A stretch of DNA of 55,541 nt from an uncultured Gammaproteobacteria bacterium (GCA_964522435.1 CAZFUL010000003.1:1-55541); one strand, 5' to 3'. Positions 1-10,108 are shown, counted from the first letter of the stretch. Notes: generated by a model not told the origin, from the sequence alone. Translations and numbers: made by a program.

Positions 1-3
1 ACG

Positions 4-32
4 TTGACAAAACAACCTAAGACCAGTAGTAT
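4..32 (+). promoter_or_regulatory. sigma70-type promoter for tRNA-Arg
   Basis: TTGACA (4-9), 17-nt spacer, TAGTAT (27-32), about 18 nt before the tRNA. Confidence 0.75.
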
Positions 33-50
33 AACTCCGCCTAAAACAAT

Positions 51-125
51 GCTCTTGTAGTTCAATGGATAGAACACCAGCCTTCTAAGCTGGTTATGCA
101 GGTTCGATTCCTGCCAGGGGCACCA
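51..125 (+). tRNA. tRNA-Arg (anticodon TCT), CCA encoded
   Basis: Cloverleaf: acceptor GCTCTTG/CAGGGGC, anticodon arm CCAGC-CTTCTAA-GCTGG, T-loop TTCGATT, ends ACCA. Confidence 0.95.
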
Positions 126-159
126 ACAAACAGCAGATTTTTTAATCTGCTGTTTTGTT
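125..159 (+). terminator. Rho-independent terminator after tRNA-Arg
   Basis: AAACAGCAGATT-TTTT-AATCTGCTGTTT inverted repeat followed by T-rich run. Confidence 0.8.
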
Positions 160-254
160 AGTTTGTTAGTAAGAAAATATCTATCTGTTTAGATAAAGAG
201 AAACAACACAATTTATAAAACAAGAATTTCTTCCTGTTTTTTTTTATCTCTGTA

Positions 255-263
255 TGCTATAAT
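255..263 (+). promoter_or_regulatory. extended -10 promoter upstream of pilus operon
   Basis: TGc-TATAAT about 45 nt before the pilB ATG. Confidence 0.5.
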
Positions 264-308
264 TTACGCATATATACCATTTATTTTGAGAGGGGTTGTT
301 TACTTTGT

Positions 309-2030
309 ATGATACACGAACCGTTATTGAAAAAAATTATTTTAGAAAAAACAAAACCATCAGAATCAACGTGGCAAACATACGAAAAAAAAGCACTAAA
401 AGCACATAAAGATATTGAACAATATCTTATTAGCGAAGGAATTATTGATGAAACCACCTTGTATACAAGCTTTGCCAAAGTATCTGATGTGCCATTTGTT
501 TCATTAAAAGGGAAAGAAATCGCCAAAGAGATTTTACAAATTATTCCTGCTGCCCTTGCACAAACCCACCAAATTATTGCATTTGAAAAAACAAAAGATA
601 CCCTGTCTCTGGCAGTTCTTGACCCCGATGACATTCAAACGATTGAATTTTTGCAAAGAAAAACAGGCCTTGTTCCGCATATATACGTCACAACCCCTGG
701 TGATATTAAAGAAGCGCTCCGTCGCTATCATACCGAGCTTGATCAAGATATAAAAATAAAAGAATTTACGGTTGTTGATGGCAAAGGAAATGAAAAAGAA
801 TTACAAAAAGCAGCGCAAGAATTGCCCATTATTAATGTGGTCAATAGCATTTTGGAACATGCGGTCTATGAAAACGCGAGTGATATTCATATTGAACCAA
901 CAGAAACAGAGGTTGCTGTTCGTTTTCGCATTGACGGGGTTTTGCAAACCATGATGACCTTACCCAAATCCGTTACGAGCGGTATTACCGCAAGAATTAA
1001 AATCCTCGCTGACTTAAAAATTGATGAGCACATGTTGCCCCAAGATGGGCGATTTAAAATTGATGTGCAAAGTGATAGTTACTCGTTTCGTGTTTCTATT
1101 ATGCCTGTGATGAACGGCGAAAAGATTGTGTTGCGCTTACTTCACGAGGGACAAAAAGCACTGAGCTTGGATCAACTTGGTTTTTTGTCTCAACAAAAAA
1201 CTATTATTAAAAAAGCGATTACCCGCCCACACGGCATGATACTGGTTACTGGACCAACCGGTTCTGGGAAAACAACCACTCTCTATTCATTACTTGGCAT
1301 GATGAATAAACCAGGCGTAAATATTTGTACGATTGAAGATCCTATTGAATATCACGTAGCGGGTATTAATCAAAGTCAGGTAAATACCCGTGTTGGGTTT
1401 ACCTTTGCCAAAGGATTGCGAGCCTTTTTACGCCAAGATCCTGATATTATTATGGTCGGAGAAATTCGCGATCAAGAAACAGCAGAAATTGCCATGCACG
1501 CCGCGATGACGGGGCATTTGGTATTGTCTACCTTGCACACCAATGATGCGGTATCGACCATTGCCCGATTGCTTGATATGGGTATTCCTGGATTTTTACT
1601 CGCCTCTACCCTGCAAGTAGTTGTGGGACAACGCTTGGTACGCAAATTAAACGACAAAACAAGCACCACCTATAAACTTTCGGCTGATGAAGCAAAAGAA
1701 GTAATGAGCCAATCAAATAGTAAACAAATTGCAAGTGCCATTACCAAAACAATGAAACAAAAAACAAAAAAACTCAGCGCTATCCCCTTCTATCGACCGG
1801 ATGAACATAAAAAATTACAGCACGAAGGCTATAAAGGGCGTATGGGCATCTATGAAGTATTAGAAATAACTCCAGAGCTTCAAAAAGCTATTTCTGAAAA
1901 TGCAACGACCAATGTATTACGGGCAATTGCAGAAAAACAGGGTATGACCCACATGTTTGAAGATGGCATGATAAAAGCTGCGCAAGGCATTACGAGTATT
2001 GAAGAAGTGCTGCGTGTTACCAAAGAATAA
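309..2030 (+). CDS. pilB: type IV pilus / T2SS assembly ATPase (PilB/GspE family)
   Basis: N-terminal GspE-type domain, ASDIHIEP, Walker A GPTGSGKTTTLY, TIEDPIEY, LRQDPDIIMVGEIRD, STLHTND. Confidence 0.93.
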   Translation: MIHEPLLKKIILEKTKPSESTWQTYEKKALKAHKDIEQYLISEGIIDETTLYTSFAKVSDVPFVSLKGKEIAKEILQIIPAALAQTHQIIAFEKTKDTLSLAVLDPDDIQTIEFLQRKTGLVPHIYVTTPGDIKEALRRYHTELDQDIKIKEFTVVDGKGNEKELQKAAQELPIINVVNSILEHAVYENASDIHIEPTETEVAVRFRIDGVLQTMMTLPKSVTSGITARIKILADLKIDEHMLPQDGRFKIDVQSDSYSFRVSIMPVMNGEKIVLRLLHEGQKALSLDQLGFLSQQKTIIKKAITRPHGMILVTGPTGSGKTTTLYSLLGMMNKPGVNICTIEDPIEYHVAGINQSQVNTRVGFTFAKGLRAFLRQDPDIIMVGEIRDQETAEIAMHAAMTGHLVLSTLHTNDAVSTIARLLDMGIPGFLLASTLQVVVGQRLVRKLNDKTSTTYKLSADEAKEVMSQSNSKQIASAITKTMKQKTKKLSAIPFYRPDEHKKLQHEGYKGRMGIYEVLEITPELQKAISENATTNVLRAIAEKQGMTHMFEDGMIKAAQGITSIEEVLRVTKE

Positions 2031-2055
2031 TCCCTCCTCCTATTTCTTATCTATC

Positions 2056-3162
2056 ATGAAAAAAAAACTTTCTCCTTTTGAAGAAAAACTTAATACCTGG
2101 GTGGCAAATCACTTCAGCAGGATTCCCTTTGTTCAAAAAATATTTTTTGTTGAACATTTACGCACCATGATTCATGCAGGCATTTCTGTTGTGGAGGCCT
2201 TGGATATTTTACAAAAAGAAAGTGAAAATAGAAAAATGAATGGTATTATTGCTCACGTAAAATTAGAGGTGGAGCAAGGAAAACAATTGAGCGAGGTGTT
2301 GCTTGCATATCCTGATCTTTTTCCTGCCGTGTATATAAAAATGGTCGCAGCTGGAGAAATATCAGGAAAATTAGAAGAGTCCCTCCTACAAATCGAAACA
2401 CAGATGAAAAAAACACGTGAGCTCACGTCGAGTATCCGTGGCGCAATGGTTTATCCAACGGTAGTTATTGCGGCAATGTTTGTTGTTGGTATTCTTATGG
2501 TAACGGTCGTCTTACCCAAACTCCTCGTGTTGTTTAAAGAATTTGATACAGAACTACCATTGGCCACGCGTATCCTTATTGCGATTACGGATTTTATGAG
2601 TAATCCAATCAATCTTACGATTATGGGAGTTGCGTTTGTTCTTTGTGTGATTGGATACATTATCGGATTGAAAAAAAGTCATTCATTTCGTCAGGGCGTT
2701 CATTGGGTACTTCTTCATCTGCCTATTGTTGGTGGAGTGATACGAGAAATTAATGTTGCACGTTTCTCATTAACACTTTCTTCATTATTAAACAGTGCTA
2801 TTCCTATTATTGATGCAATCGATATTACCGCAGACACCTGTGGAAATATTCACTATAAGGAAGCGCTACACAACACCACGGAAAAAATTAAAACAGGGGT
2901 CGCCCTTTCCGATACGCTGCGTGAATATCCGTTTTTATTTCCCCCTATTGTAACGGAAATGATTATGGTAGGTGAACGCTCTGGTGATGTTGGTAATTTA
3001 CTTACTGAGTTGTCCCATTTTTACGGCGATCAAGTTGATAAAACAATGAAAAACTTTTCTACGATTATTGAGCCTGTTATTATTCTTATGCTGGGTGTTG
3101 CGGTTGGCGGCTTAGCGGTCGCAGTAATTATGCCGATGTATACGCTTGTACAAACATTTTAA
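2056..3162 (+). CDS. pilC: type IV pilus inner-membrane platform protein (PilC/GspF family)
   Basis: Duplicated T2SSF domains (MVAAGEISGKL..L; MIMVGERSGDV..LL), AMVYP, TIIEPVII..AVIMPMY; ATG 2056 chosen over the overlapping upstream start. Confidence 0.92.
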   Translation: MKKKLSPFEEKLNTWVANHFSRIPFVQKIFFVEHLRTMIHAGISVVEALDILQKESENRKMNGIIAHVKLEVEQGKQLSEVLLAYPDLFPAVYIKMVAAGEISGKLEESLLQIETQMKKTRELTSSIRGAMVYPTVVIAAMFVVGILMVTVVLPKLLVLFKEFDTELPLATRILIAITDFMSNPINLTIMGVAFVLCVIGYIIGLKKSHSFRQGVHWVLLHLPIVGGVIREINVARFSLTLSSLLNSAIPIIDAIDITADTCGNIHYKEALHNTTEKIKTGVALSDTLREYPFLFPPIVTEMIMVGERSGDVGNLLTELSHFYGDQVDKTMKNFSTIIEPVIILMLGVAVGGLAVAVIMPMYTLVQTF

Positions 3163-3166
3163 CGAT

Positions 3167-4267
3167 ATGCTTGTTTCTCCCTTTCCCCATGCCTTTGGCC
3201 TTGATATTAGCGACACAGCGATTAAGTTGGTACAGTTATATAATACCTCCGTGTTATATAACAAACCCCACTACACCCTTTCTGCTGCTCGTACCGTTGA
3301 ATTACCTCCGGGTCTTATTGTTGATGGAGACATTCAACAACCTGAGCCCGTACGATCGTATGTTCAAAAAATTCTTCAAGGTAATAAAAAGAAGGATGCT
3401 ATTACCAGTCCATGGGTGGTGGCCTCTGTACCAGAAAAACGAAGTTTTTTAAAACTTATTACTCTTCCCAAAAGTCCTGATACGATAACAGAAGAAGATG
3501 TGATCGCCTTAGCCAAACAACATGTCCCGTTTGAACAAGATAGTTATTATCTTGATTGGCAAATTATTACGAGTACTCCGCTTCAAGAAACAACCGTTTT
3601 GCTTGCTGTTACCTCTCGACAAGTTGCCGACATGTATACCTATCTACTCGAAAGTGTTGGTTTGGGCGTCATTGCTTTAGAAATTGAATCTCTTGCCATG
3701 GCCAGAAGTATGATTACCGCACAAAAAATTTATGATGGCGAGGCACGTATGATTCTTGATATTGGATCAAGTAAAACAATTTGTATTGTCTATGATAATA
3801 ATAGTATTCAATTTAGTACCGTACTGCCCTACAGTGGTGATGGACTTACTCGCCTGATACAAGAAAAATTAAATATTACAGAAAGTGACGCAGAAAAAAA
3901 GAAAATGAGTTCCGGATTAAAACATGGACCTGGAAAACCAGAAAAAATGTGGCAACTCCTTATGAGGGAAACAACACAGCTTATTCATGATATAGAAAAA
4001 TCTATCAATTTTTATTATTCTCACTTTCCACAAGCAAACCGTATTACCCATATTACTATGTGTGGTGGGGGATCGCTCCTACCACAATTAGATGCCGTAT
4101 TAGCGGAAAAACTAAACCTCTCTATTCGTGCAGGATTACCTTGGAAAAATTTATCTCCCAAAAAACCAATCAACGTGCCAGAAACAACAGGGCTACGCTA
4201 TAGTGCCGCTATTGGTTTGGCCCTTCGTGCCGCAGATAATCCATTTTTTCGCTACGACACGATATAA
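3167..4267 (+). CDS. pilM: type IV pilus assembly protein PilM (actin-like fold)
   Basis: FGLDISDTAIKLV, ILDIGSSKT, MCGGGS, AAIGLALR motifs; follows pilC. Confidence 0.88.
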   Translation: MLVSPFPHAFGLDISDTAIKLVQLYNTSVLYNKPHYTLSAARTVELPPGLIVDGDIQQPEPVRSYVQKILQGNKKKDAITSPWVVASVPEKRSFLKLITLPKSPDTITEEDVIALAKQHVPFEQDSYYLDWQIITSTPLQETTVLLAVTSRQVADMYTYLLESVGLGVIALEIESLAMARSMITAQKIYDGEARMILDIGSSKTICIVYDNNSIQFSTVLPYSGDGLTRLIQEKLNITESDAEKKKMSSGLKHGPGKPEKMWQLLMRETTQLIHDIEKSINFYYSHFPQANRITHITMCGGGSLLPQLDAVLAEKLNLSIRAGLPWKNLSPKKPINVPETTGLRYSAAIGLALRAADNPFFRYDTI

Positions 4268-4277
4268 TCGATCTCTT

Positions 4278-4805
4278 ATGCTCCCTACTCGAGTAAACCT
4301 TCTTTCACCACAAAAACAAGGATACCTTCACCGCATGGTGTATATGCAATTTTTTAAGCATTTACTTCAAACCATATTGGCGCTTCTTTGTATTATTGCG
4401 GGCATGCTTATGGTGACAGAAATACTCTTGGCTGATTATATACAAGCAATACAACAAAAAGTAAGCATAGCGCCAACACGTATTACCCAAGTAAACAATG
4501 ATGTTACCTTTATAAATAAAACCATTCAACGCACCGCAGCGATACAAGAAGAATTTATTCCTTGGACAACCCATATGAGCGACCTGCTGGTGATGCTTCC
4601 GACAGGCATTTTCCTTAACGATATGCAATTTAATGGAAAAACAAAACAAATTATTCTTACCGGAACAACAGATACACGCGATACGCTTATCAGCTTTATT
4701 AACACACTAGAACTTTCACCCAACATTATCTCTGCTGATGTGCCCATTTCTCAACTAACACAAAAAGAAAGTAGTTCATTTAGTCTCACGATTCTCTTGA
4801 AATAA
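4278..4805 (+). CDS. pilN: PilN-like alignment-complex protein
   Basis: Single N-terminal TM, coiled coil, ferredoxin-like C-terminus (LPTGIFL..IILTG..L..F); position after pilM. Confidence 0.65.
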   Translation: MLPTRVNLLSPQKQGYLHRMVYMQFFKHLLQTILALLCIIAGMLMVTEILLADYIQAIQQKVSIAPTRITQVNNDVTFINKTIQRTAAIQEEFIPWTTHMSDLLVMLPTGIFLNDMQFNGKTKQIILTGTTDTRDTLISFINTLELSPNIISADVPISQLTQKESSSFSLTILLK

Positions 4806-4810
4806 CCGCT

Positions 4811-5371
4811 ATGCGTTATCTCTCTCTTAAAAAACAAATGTTTCTCCGTGCAACGATCTTGGCGGTTGTCTCTATTGCTGTTGCACTATTTCTTGTTATT
4901 CCAAAAGTTCACTCAATTGTAGCAATAAAAACAACCATTATTGAACAACAAACAAATGCAGAACAACAACATGAACAAAGCAAGCAACTTCGTCGCTCTC
5001 TAACTGAATTAACTCGTTCAATAGAAAGCGCGAAGGCACTCTCAGAGGCAACACTCACCTCAGATAAAGAGTTAGCTATTATTAAACAAATGGAAGCATT
5101 AAGCGAAAAAAATGCCATTACTCAACAACTTACTGTCTCTGTAAAAGAAATTGATTCAAATTCACCACTGACGTCTCAAGGCATATCCTCTTATTATGAT
5201 CTTGCTTTTTTAAACCAAGCAACATTTGAACAACATATTGCTTTTTTGCAAGAACTTGAACAACTTCCATTTTATGTCATAATTAACGAACTTCATTGGT
5301 CTGCTCAAAAAAACAATCCTCCCCTAGTTACCTTGCAGTTTCGTGCACGTATCTATATCCACAATCCATAA
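4811..5371 (+). CDS. pilO: PilO-like alignment-complex protein
   Basis: N-terminal TM, coiled coil, F..HIAFLQELEQLP.YV.INEL pattern; position after pilN. Confidence 0.6.
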   Translation: MRYLSLKKQMFLRATILAVVSIAVALFLVIPKVHSIVAIKTTIIEQQTNAEQQHEQSKQLRRSLTELTRSIESAKALSEATLTSDKELAIIKQMEALSEKNAITQQLTVSVKEIDSNSPLTSQGISSYYDLAFLNQATFEQHIAFLQELEQLPFYVIINELHWSAQKNNPPLVTLQFRARIYIHNP

Positions 5372-5375
5372 CAGT

Positions 5376-5759
5376 ATGGTTACGATAAAACAACACAAAA
5401 AAAATGCTCGGCTATACGGTGTAGAGTACAAACATATCCATAGTCTACGAATTTTATACTTGGTAACGGCAGGACTATTATTACTGTTGTTGTCCTATAT
5501 GGTAGCATTTATCTTTAAAAACGTATCTCAGGCGCTCGAAGAAGCAAATATTATTGTTCTTAGCCAATCCGCTACTCAGATGAGACGGATCCAATCAGAA
5601 AAATTACATACGGTAGAGGCTGCTTGGGAACAAAAAAAGTTGCCGTCTACAAATACGACTATCCCCAATCCATTTTTTTCTTCTGGCACAACAACGAGCA
5701 CGATTACGTCGCTGATAGATACGATAGAACCAATCGTTCCTAACCAAACAAACTTATGA
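5376..5759 (+). CDS. hypothetical bitopic membrane protein (occupies the pilP position)
   Basis: One TM (LYLVTAGLLLLLLSYMVAFIF), coiled coil, NPF motif and Thr/Pro-rich tail. Confidence 0.55.
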   Translation: MVTIKQHKKNARLYGVEYKHIHSLRILYLVTAGLLLLLLSYMVAFIFKNVSQALEEANIIVLSQSATQMRRIQSEKLHTVEAAWEQKKLPSTNTTIPNPFFSSGTTTSTITSLIDTIEPIVPNQTNL

Positions 5760-6886
5760 TGCAATATGTATTTATTCTTGGCAGGGAACAAGATATTTCC
5801 TGCGCAGAAATAGACCGTTTTTTTTTACAACAAGAACTATCATATAGAGTTATAGCGCGACAGGGCGAAATCTATCAGATACAAACAGAGCAGCCCCTCC
5901 CAAAAAACACCATGGATATTCTTGGCGGGACAAAACAAATATTAGAATATATTTCAGAAACAGCGACAGAAAAAAGAATTGTTTCCTATTTAGATGGAGC
6001 CCAACCTGATGGAAAAATTATTTATTCCCTTCATGGTGGTTCGGCTCCTATGGCGCTACGAATAAAAAAATTATTAAAAGAACAAGGGCGTTCTGTTCGC
6101 TACATTCTTCCAAACAACAGCGCCACTATTATTCATAACCAACTTGTTGAAAAACACGGCGATTTATTTATCATCAATAAACAATTATATAAAACAATTG
6201 GGGTTCAACCAATAGAAGCCTTTAGCAAACGCGACTATGATCGACCCGGGCGAGACAGTAAACGAGGCATGTTGCCTCCTAAGTTGGCACGCATTCTCAT
6301 TAATTTATTGGCCGCGCCAAACAAGGCAGTCATCCTTGATCCCTTTTGTGGTTCAGGAACTGTTTTAATGGAAGCCTTGTCTCTTGGGCACACAACGCTA
6401 TATGGAACAGATATTTCACCAGAGGCAATAGCAGATACGAAAAAAAGCTTGGCGTGGTTTATAGAAGAAGAAAAACTCTCTGCCTCTACTATGGAGGATA
6501 TTACGCTACAGGTAAGTGACATCGCTCTGCTCGCAAAAAAAATACCGCCTGGTGTTATTGATCATATTGTCTTTGAACCGTACATGGGCGAGGGTAGAAC
6601 GGGAAAAGAACGACACAAGGAACTGATCCAAACCATCCAAGAATTAGAACAATTATTTACAACAACTCTGCAAGTCTGTGCAACCTTGTTACCCAAAGGC
6701 GGGCGGCTTTCCTGCGTTATTCCACGATTTAAAGAGCAAGAAAATTGGCTTACGATTCCTTTTGAAAAAATAGTACAACGCGCAGGATTATCTATTATCT
6801 TCCTTCAAGAAAAAACTCATCTACTGTATCATCGTCCTGATCAATTTGTTGGAAGAGAAATTTGGTTATTAAAAAAGCCCGAGTAA
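5756..6886 (+). CDS. SAM-dependent methyltransferase, Trm11/TrmG10 (UPF0020)-like
   Basis: GMLPPKLARILIN, ILDPFCGSGTVLMEA, GTDIS, EPYMG motifs. Confidence 0.8.
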   Translation: MMQYVFILGREQDISCAEIDRFFLQQELSYRVIARQGEIYQIQTEQPLPKNTMDILGGTKQILEYISETATEKRIVSYLDGAQPDGKIIYSLHGGSAPMALRIKKLLKEQGRSVRYILPNNSATIIHNQLVEKHGDLFIINKQLYKTIGVQPIEAFSKRDYDRPGRDSKRGMLPPKLARILINLLAAPNKAVILDPFCGSGTVLMEALSLGHTTLYGTDISPEAIADTKKSLAWFIEEEKLSASTMEDITLQVSDIALLAKKIPPGVIDHIVFEPYMGEGRTGKERHKELIQTIQELEQLFTTTLQVCATLLPKGGRLSCVIPRFKEQENWLTIPFEKIVQRAGLSIIFLQEKTHLLYHRPDQFVGREIWLLKKPE

Positions 6887-6899
6887 CTCGGGCTTTTTT
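6871..6899. terminator. bidirectional terminator between methyltransferase and sod
   Basis: AAAAAAGCCCGAG-TAA-CTCGGGCTTTTTT; the methyltransferase stop codon forms the loop. Confidence 0.88.
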
Positions 6900-6904
6900 A
6901 TTCG

Positions 6905-7489
6905 TTATTGCACTCGATCAAACCGTTGCTGTACTTCTTCCCAATGAATGGCATTCATAAACGCAGCAATATAGTCTGCGCGCTTCATACCATAATCAAA
7001 CACAAAAGCGTGTTCAAATACATCCATAATCAGTATGGGAACAGATCCTGCAAGATGTCCGCCATCATGTTCATTAATCCAGGTATTATGGAGTTGTTTC
7101 CCTTGTGGATCATAGGTCAACACGGCCCAACCAATCCCTCGTAACGCACCTGTTTGCACAAAGTCTTTTTGCCAACGGTCAAAGGACCCATACTGCGCTT
7201 GTATTTGTTTCATGAGAGGACTTTCGGTATCACGTCCTTTTGCCTCTTTACTCATGTTTTCAAAATACAACTCATGAAGCCGCATACCGTTAAATTCCCA
7301 CCCAAATCGTCGTTTCATTTCTGCATAATCAGGGCCAACCGTTGGTTGTTCATTCAATGTGTTTAGTGATTGAAGTAAAAGGTTCGTGTTTTTTACATAG
7401 CCTTCATACAAACCAAAGTGTACTGTTAACTGCTGATCGCTAAATCCTGGCATGCCCAATAAATGCGTATAGGTTTTTGCATCGTACAT
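6905..7489 (-). CDS. sod: Fe/Mn superoxide dismutase
   Basis: Four metal ligands present: HFGLYEGYV, LHELYFENM, DVFEHAF. Confidence 0.88.
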   Translation of the reverse strand: MYDAKTYTHLLGMPGFSDQQLTVHFGLYEGYVKNTNLLLQSLNTLNEQPTVGPDYAEMKRRFGWEFNGMRLHELYFENMSKEAKGRDTESPLMKQIQAQYGSFDRWQKDFVQTGALRGIGWAVLTYDPQGKQLHNTWINEHDGGHLAGSVPILIMDVFEHAFVFDYGMKRADYIAAFMNAIHWEEVQQRFDRVQ

Positions 7490-7504
7490 AGAGTAGGTTA
7501 GAAA

Positions 7505-8080
7505 TTATATTTTACCAATTAACTCTACCCCTGGTTTGAGGGTACTACTTCCTGGTTTCCATTTTGCCGGACACACTTGTCCTGGGTGTTCATTAACAAA
7601 TTGTGCTGCTTGCAATTTTCTGAGTAATTCTTCAGCGCTTCGACCAATACTATTATCATGCATTTCATAGGCTTTCACTATCCCATCAGGGTTCACCAAA
7701 ATACTTGCCCGATAGGAAAGACCTTCTTCTTCAATATAAGTCCCCATAAGCCGACAAAGGGTTCCTGTAGGATCAGCTGCCATTGGATAGTTTACGGTTT
7801 TAATTGCTGGAGAACTATCATGCCACGCTTTATGAACAAAGGCAGTATCCGTACTCACACTCATAACCTCTGCATTCAACTCTTGAAATTTTGGATAAAG
7901 CTCTGCCATCTCTTGCAGTTCAGTTGGACAAACAAAGGTAAAATCTGCTGGATAAAAAAACAAAATTAACCACTTACCGCGATAATCAGCGAGGTTGACT
8001 TTTTTAATTTCATTGTTATGAAAAATATCAATATCAAGATGAGGCACTTCGCTATTAATAAGCGTTTGTGATTCTCTCAT
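7505..8080 (-). CDS. ahpC: 2-Cys peroxiredoxin (alkyl hydroperoxide reductase C)
   Basis: FYPADFTFVCPTEL and GQVCPAKWKPG. Confidence 0.95.
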   Translation of the reverse strand: MRESQTLINSEVPHLDIDIFHNNEIKKVNLADYRGKWLILFFYPADFTFVCPTELQEMAELYPKFQELNAEVMSVSTDTAFVHKAWHDSSPAIKTVNYPMAADPTGTLCRLMGTYIEEEGLSYRASILVNPDGIVKAYEMHDNSIGRSAEELLRKLQAAQFVNEHPGQVCPAKWKPGSSTLKPGVELIGKI

Positions 8081-8177
8081 TGTTGAACAACACCCCATAG
8101 GTATAGAAGATTAAGAATAAGACTATGACTAAATTTAAGAGTAGCTATTTTTTGCTCTCACGTCAACTGTGGAGAGA

Positions 8178-8894
8178 TTATACAATTAATCGATCAATTA
8201 CCTGACCAACAATATATCCAACGGTTGCAGCAATCCCTGCTAAAAGCAACATTTCTCCTCCTGAACGGAGAGGAGAACGTTTTGAATAATGAGAAACAAA
8301 CACACCTAAGCAAAACAAGCCTACCGCCGTTACCCCGGCAGAAATAACTATTCCTCGAATGGTGTGAACAAATAGATATGGTACCAAGGGAATAAGCCCT
8401 CCGATAATATAGGAAACCCCCATAATCACCCCATTTTGCACAGGGTTGTGTTTTTTGTTTGGCAATACTTCCAACTCTCGATATGCCATTTCTTGCAAAA
8501 ATAATTTCTTATTTTTTGACGCTTCTTCAGCCATGTTCTTTGCCAGGGTACGACTCCACCCATCTCTGATATACATATCTACGAGTTCTTTTTTTTCTTC
8601 ATCTGGGTATTCATCAATTTCTAGACGTTCTTCATCCATCATCCGCGCATCAATAGCGTTCGCAGACTTATTGGATAAATAAGACCCAACAGCCATTGAA
8701 ATGGACTCAACAGAAATAATAACAAACCCTGCAAGCAAAATAGTAAAGGGATCTCTGGTTGCTAACGCAATACCGGTTATAGAACCAAAGGTAGATACCA
8801 TCCCATCTTCCATTCCAAATACAAATTCACGCATCCGTTCTTTAACGTTACGCTGTTGGTGATGAATAAAATCTGGTCGTTTGTGAATTGCCAT
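8178..8894 (-). CDS. VIT1/CCC1 family Fe/Mn transporter
   Basis: REFVFGMEDGMVST, ISMAVGSYLS, acidic cytosolic insert, IGGLIPLVPY, five TM. Confidence 0.9.
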   Translation of the reverse strand: MAIHKRPDFIHHQQRNVKERMREFVFGMEDGMVSTFGSITGIALATRDPFTILLAGFVIISVESISMAVGSYLSNKSANAIDARMMDEERLEIDEYPDEEKKELVDMYIRDGWSRTLAKNMAEEASKNKKLFLQEMAYRELEVLPNKKHNPVQNGVIMGVSYIIGGLIPLVPYLFVHTIRGIVISAGVTAVGLFCLGVFVSHYSKRSPLRSGGEMLLLAGIAATVGYIVGQVIDRLIV

Positions 8895-8922
8895 ACTATA
8901 TTTATACTATCATTTTTTTAAC

Positions 8923-8952
8923 AAAAAAAATACCCGTATGTTCTTACGGGTA
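8923..8952 (-). terminator. terminator of ychF
   Basis: TACCCGTA/TACGGGTA stem followed by T8 on the minus strand. Confidence 0.8.
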
Positions 8953-8960
8953 CGGCAGCA

Positions 8961-10034
8961 TTAGGCAATATGAAAATACACAACATCACCATCTTGAACA
9001 ATATATTCCTTCCCTTCAAGACGCATTTTACCTGTTCCCTTAATACCACTCCATCCTCCATGGCTAACAAAATCTGTATGGTGAACCACATCGGCTTTAA
9101 TAAAGCCTTTAATAAAATCGGTGTGAATTTCTCCTGCAGCAAAGGGGGCTTTCGTTCCTTGTTTTACTGTCCAGGCGCGCGTTTCCATTTCTCCGGCGGT
9201 AAAAAATGTCACAAGACCAAGAAGTTCGTATCCTGCTTTAATCATCGTATCAAGCCCAGATTCTTTCATGCCAAGATCTTCCATAAAGATAGCGGCATCT
9301 TCTGCGGACAATTCTCCTAATTCGGCTTCTGTTTTTGCGCTAATATAAATATGTGGAACGCCTTCTTCGACAATGGGTCGTTCTGTTGCAGATAGCTGTA
9401 CATCATCAATATTTACCACATAGAGCATTGGTTTCATGGTAATAAGATGGAGCTCTTTCATAATAAGCGCTTCTTCTTCTGTATAACTCAGTGCGCTTGC
9501 TCGTTTTCCACTTTCTAAATGCGCTGATACTTTTTCTAATAATGCAATTTCAGCCGCAAGTTCTTTTGCTTGAATTCCTTTTGCGCGTTTTTTCGTTTTA
9601 TCCAAACGACTAGAGACTGCTTGCCAATCTGCCAAGACCAACTCTAAATTAATAATATCCGCATCATCCTTGGGATTAACTCGTTGTTCAACATGAATAA
9701 TATTATCGTCACGAAACGCGCGAACCACATGAATAATCGCATCCGTTTCTTTAATGTGTGACAAAAAATCATTTCCTTTTCCTTCACCTTTTGACGCATT
9801 TTTTACCAATCCTGCGATATCCCAAAACTCAATCGCTGTTGGAATAATTTTTTTAGATTGTTCGGCTGTCGCAAGCCCTGCAAGTCGCGCATCAGGAACC
9901 TCAACAACACCAACATTGGGCTCAATGGTACAAAAAGGATAATTTTGCGCATCGGCCTGTTTACTTTTGGTTAAGGCATTAAATAGTGTTGATTTTCCAA
10001 CATTCGGTAATCCAACAATCCCAATTGATAGCAT
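8961..10034 (-). CDS. ychF: redox-regulated Obg-family ATPase YchF
   Basis: GIVGLPNVGKSTLFNALT, NYPFCTIEPN, DIAGLV, AGEIHTDF, EGKEYIVQDGD. Confidence 0.96.
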   Translation of the reverse strand: MLSIGIVGLPNVGKSTLFNALTKSKQADAQNYPFCTIEPNVGVVEVPDARLAGLATAEQSKKIIPTAIEFWDIAGLVKNASKGEGKGNDFLSHIKETDAIIHVVRAFRDDNIIHVEQRVNPKDDADIINLELVLADWQAVSSRLDKTKKRAKGIQAKELAAEIALLEKVSAHLESGKRASALSYTEEEALIMKELHLITMKPMLYVVNIDDVQLSATERPIVEEGVPHIYISAKTEAELGELSAEDAAIFMEDLGMKESGLDTMIKAGYELLGLVTFFTAGEMETRAWTVKQGTKAPFAAGEIHTDFIKGFIKADVVHHTDFVSHGGWSGIKGTGKMRLEGKEYIVQDGDVVYFHIA

Positions 10035-10108
10035 ACAATAACAGAATAAAAAATACGTGCGGCAATCCTATCACAAAAAACCTAATCTTTCAAGGCTGTC
10101 GCCTCGCG

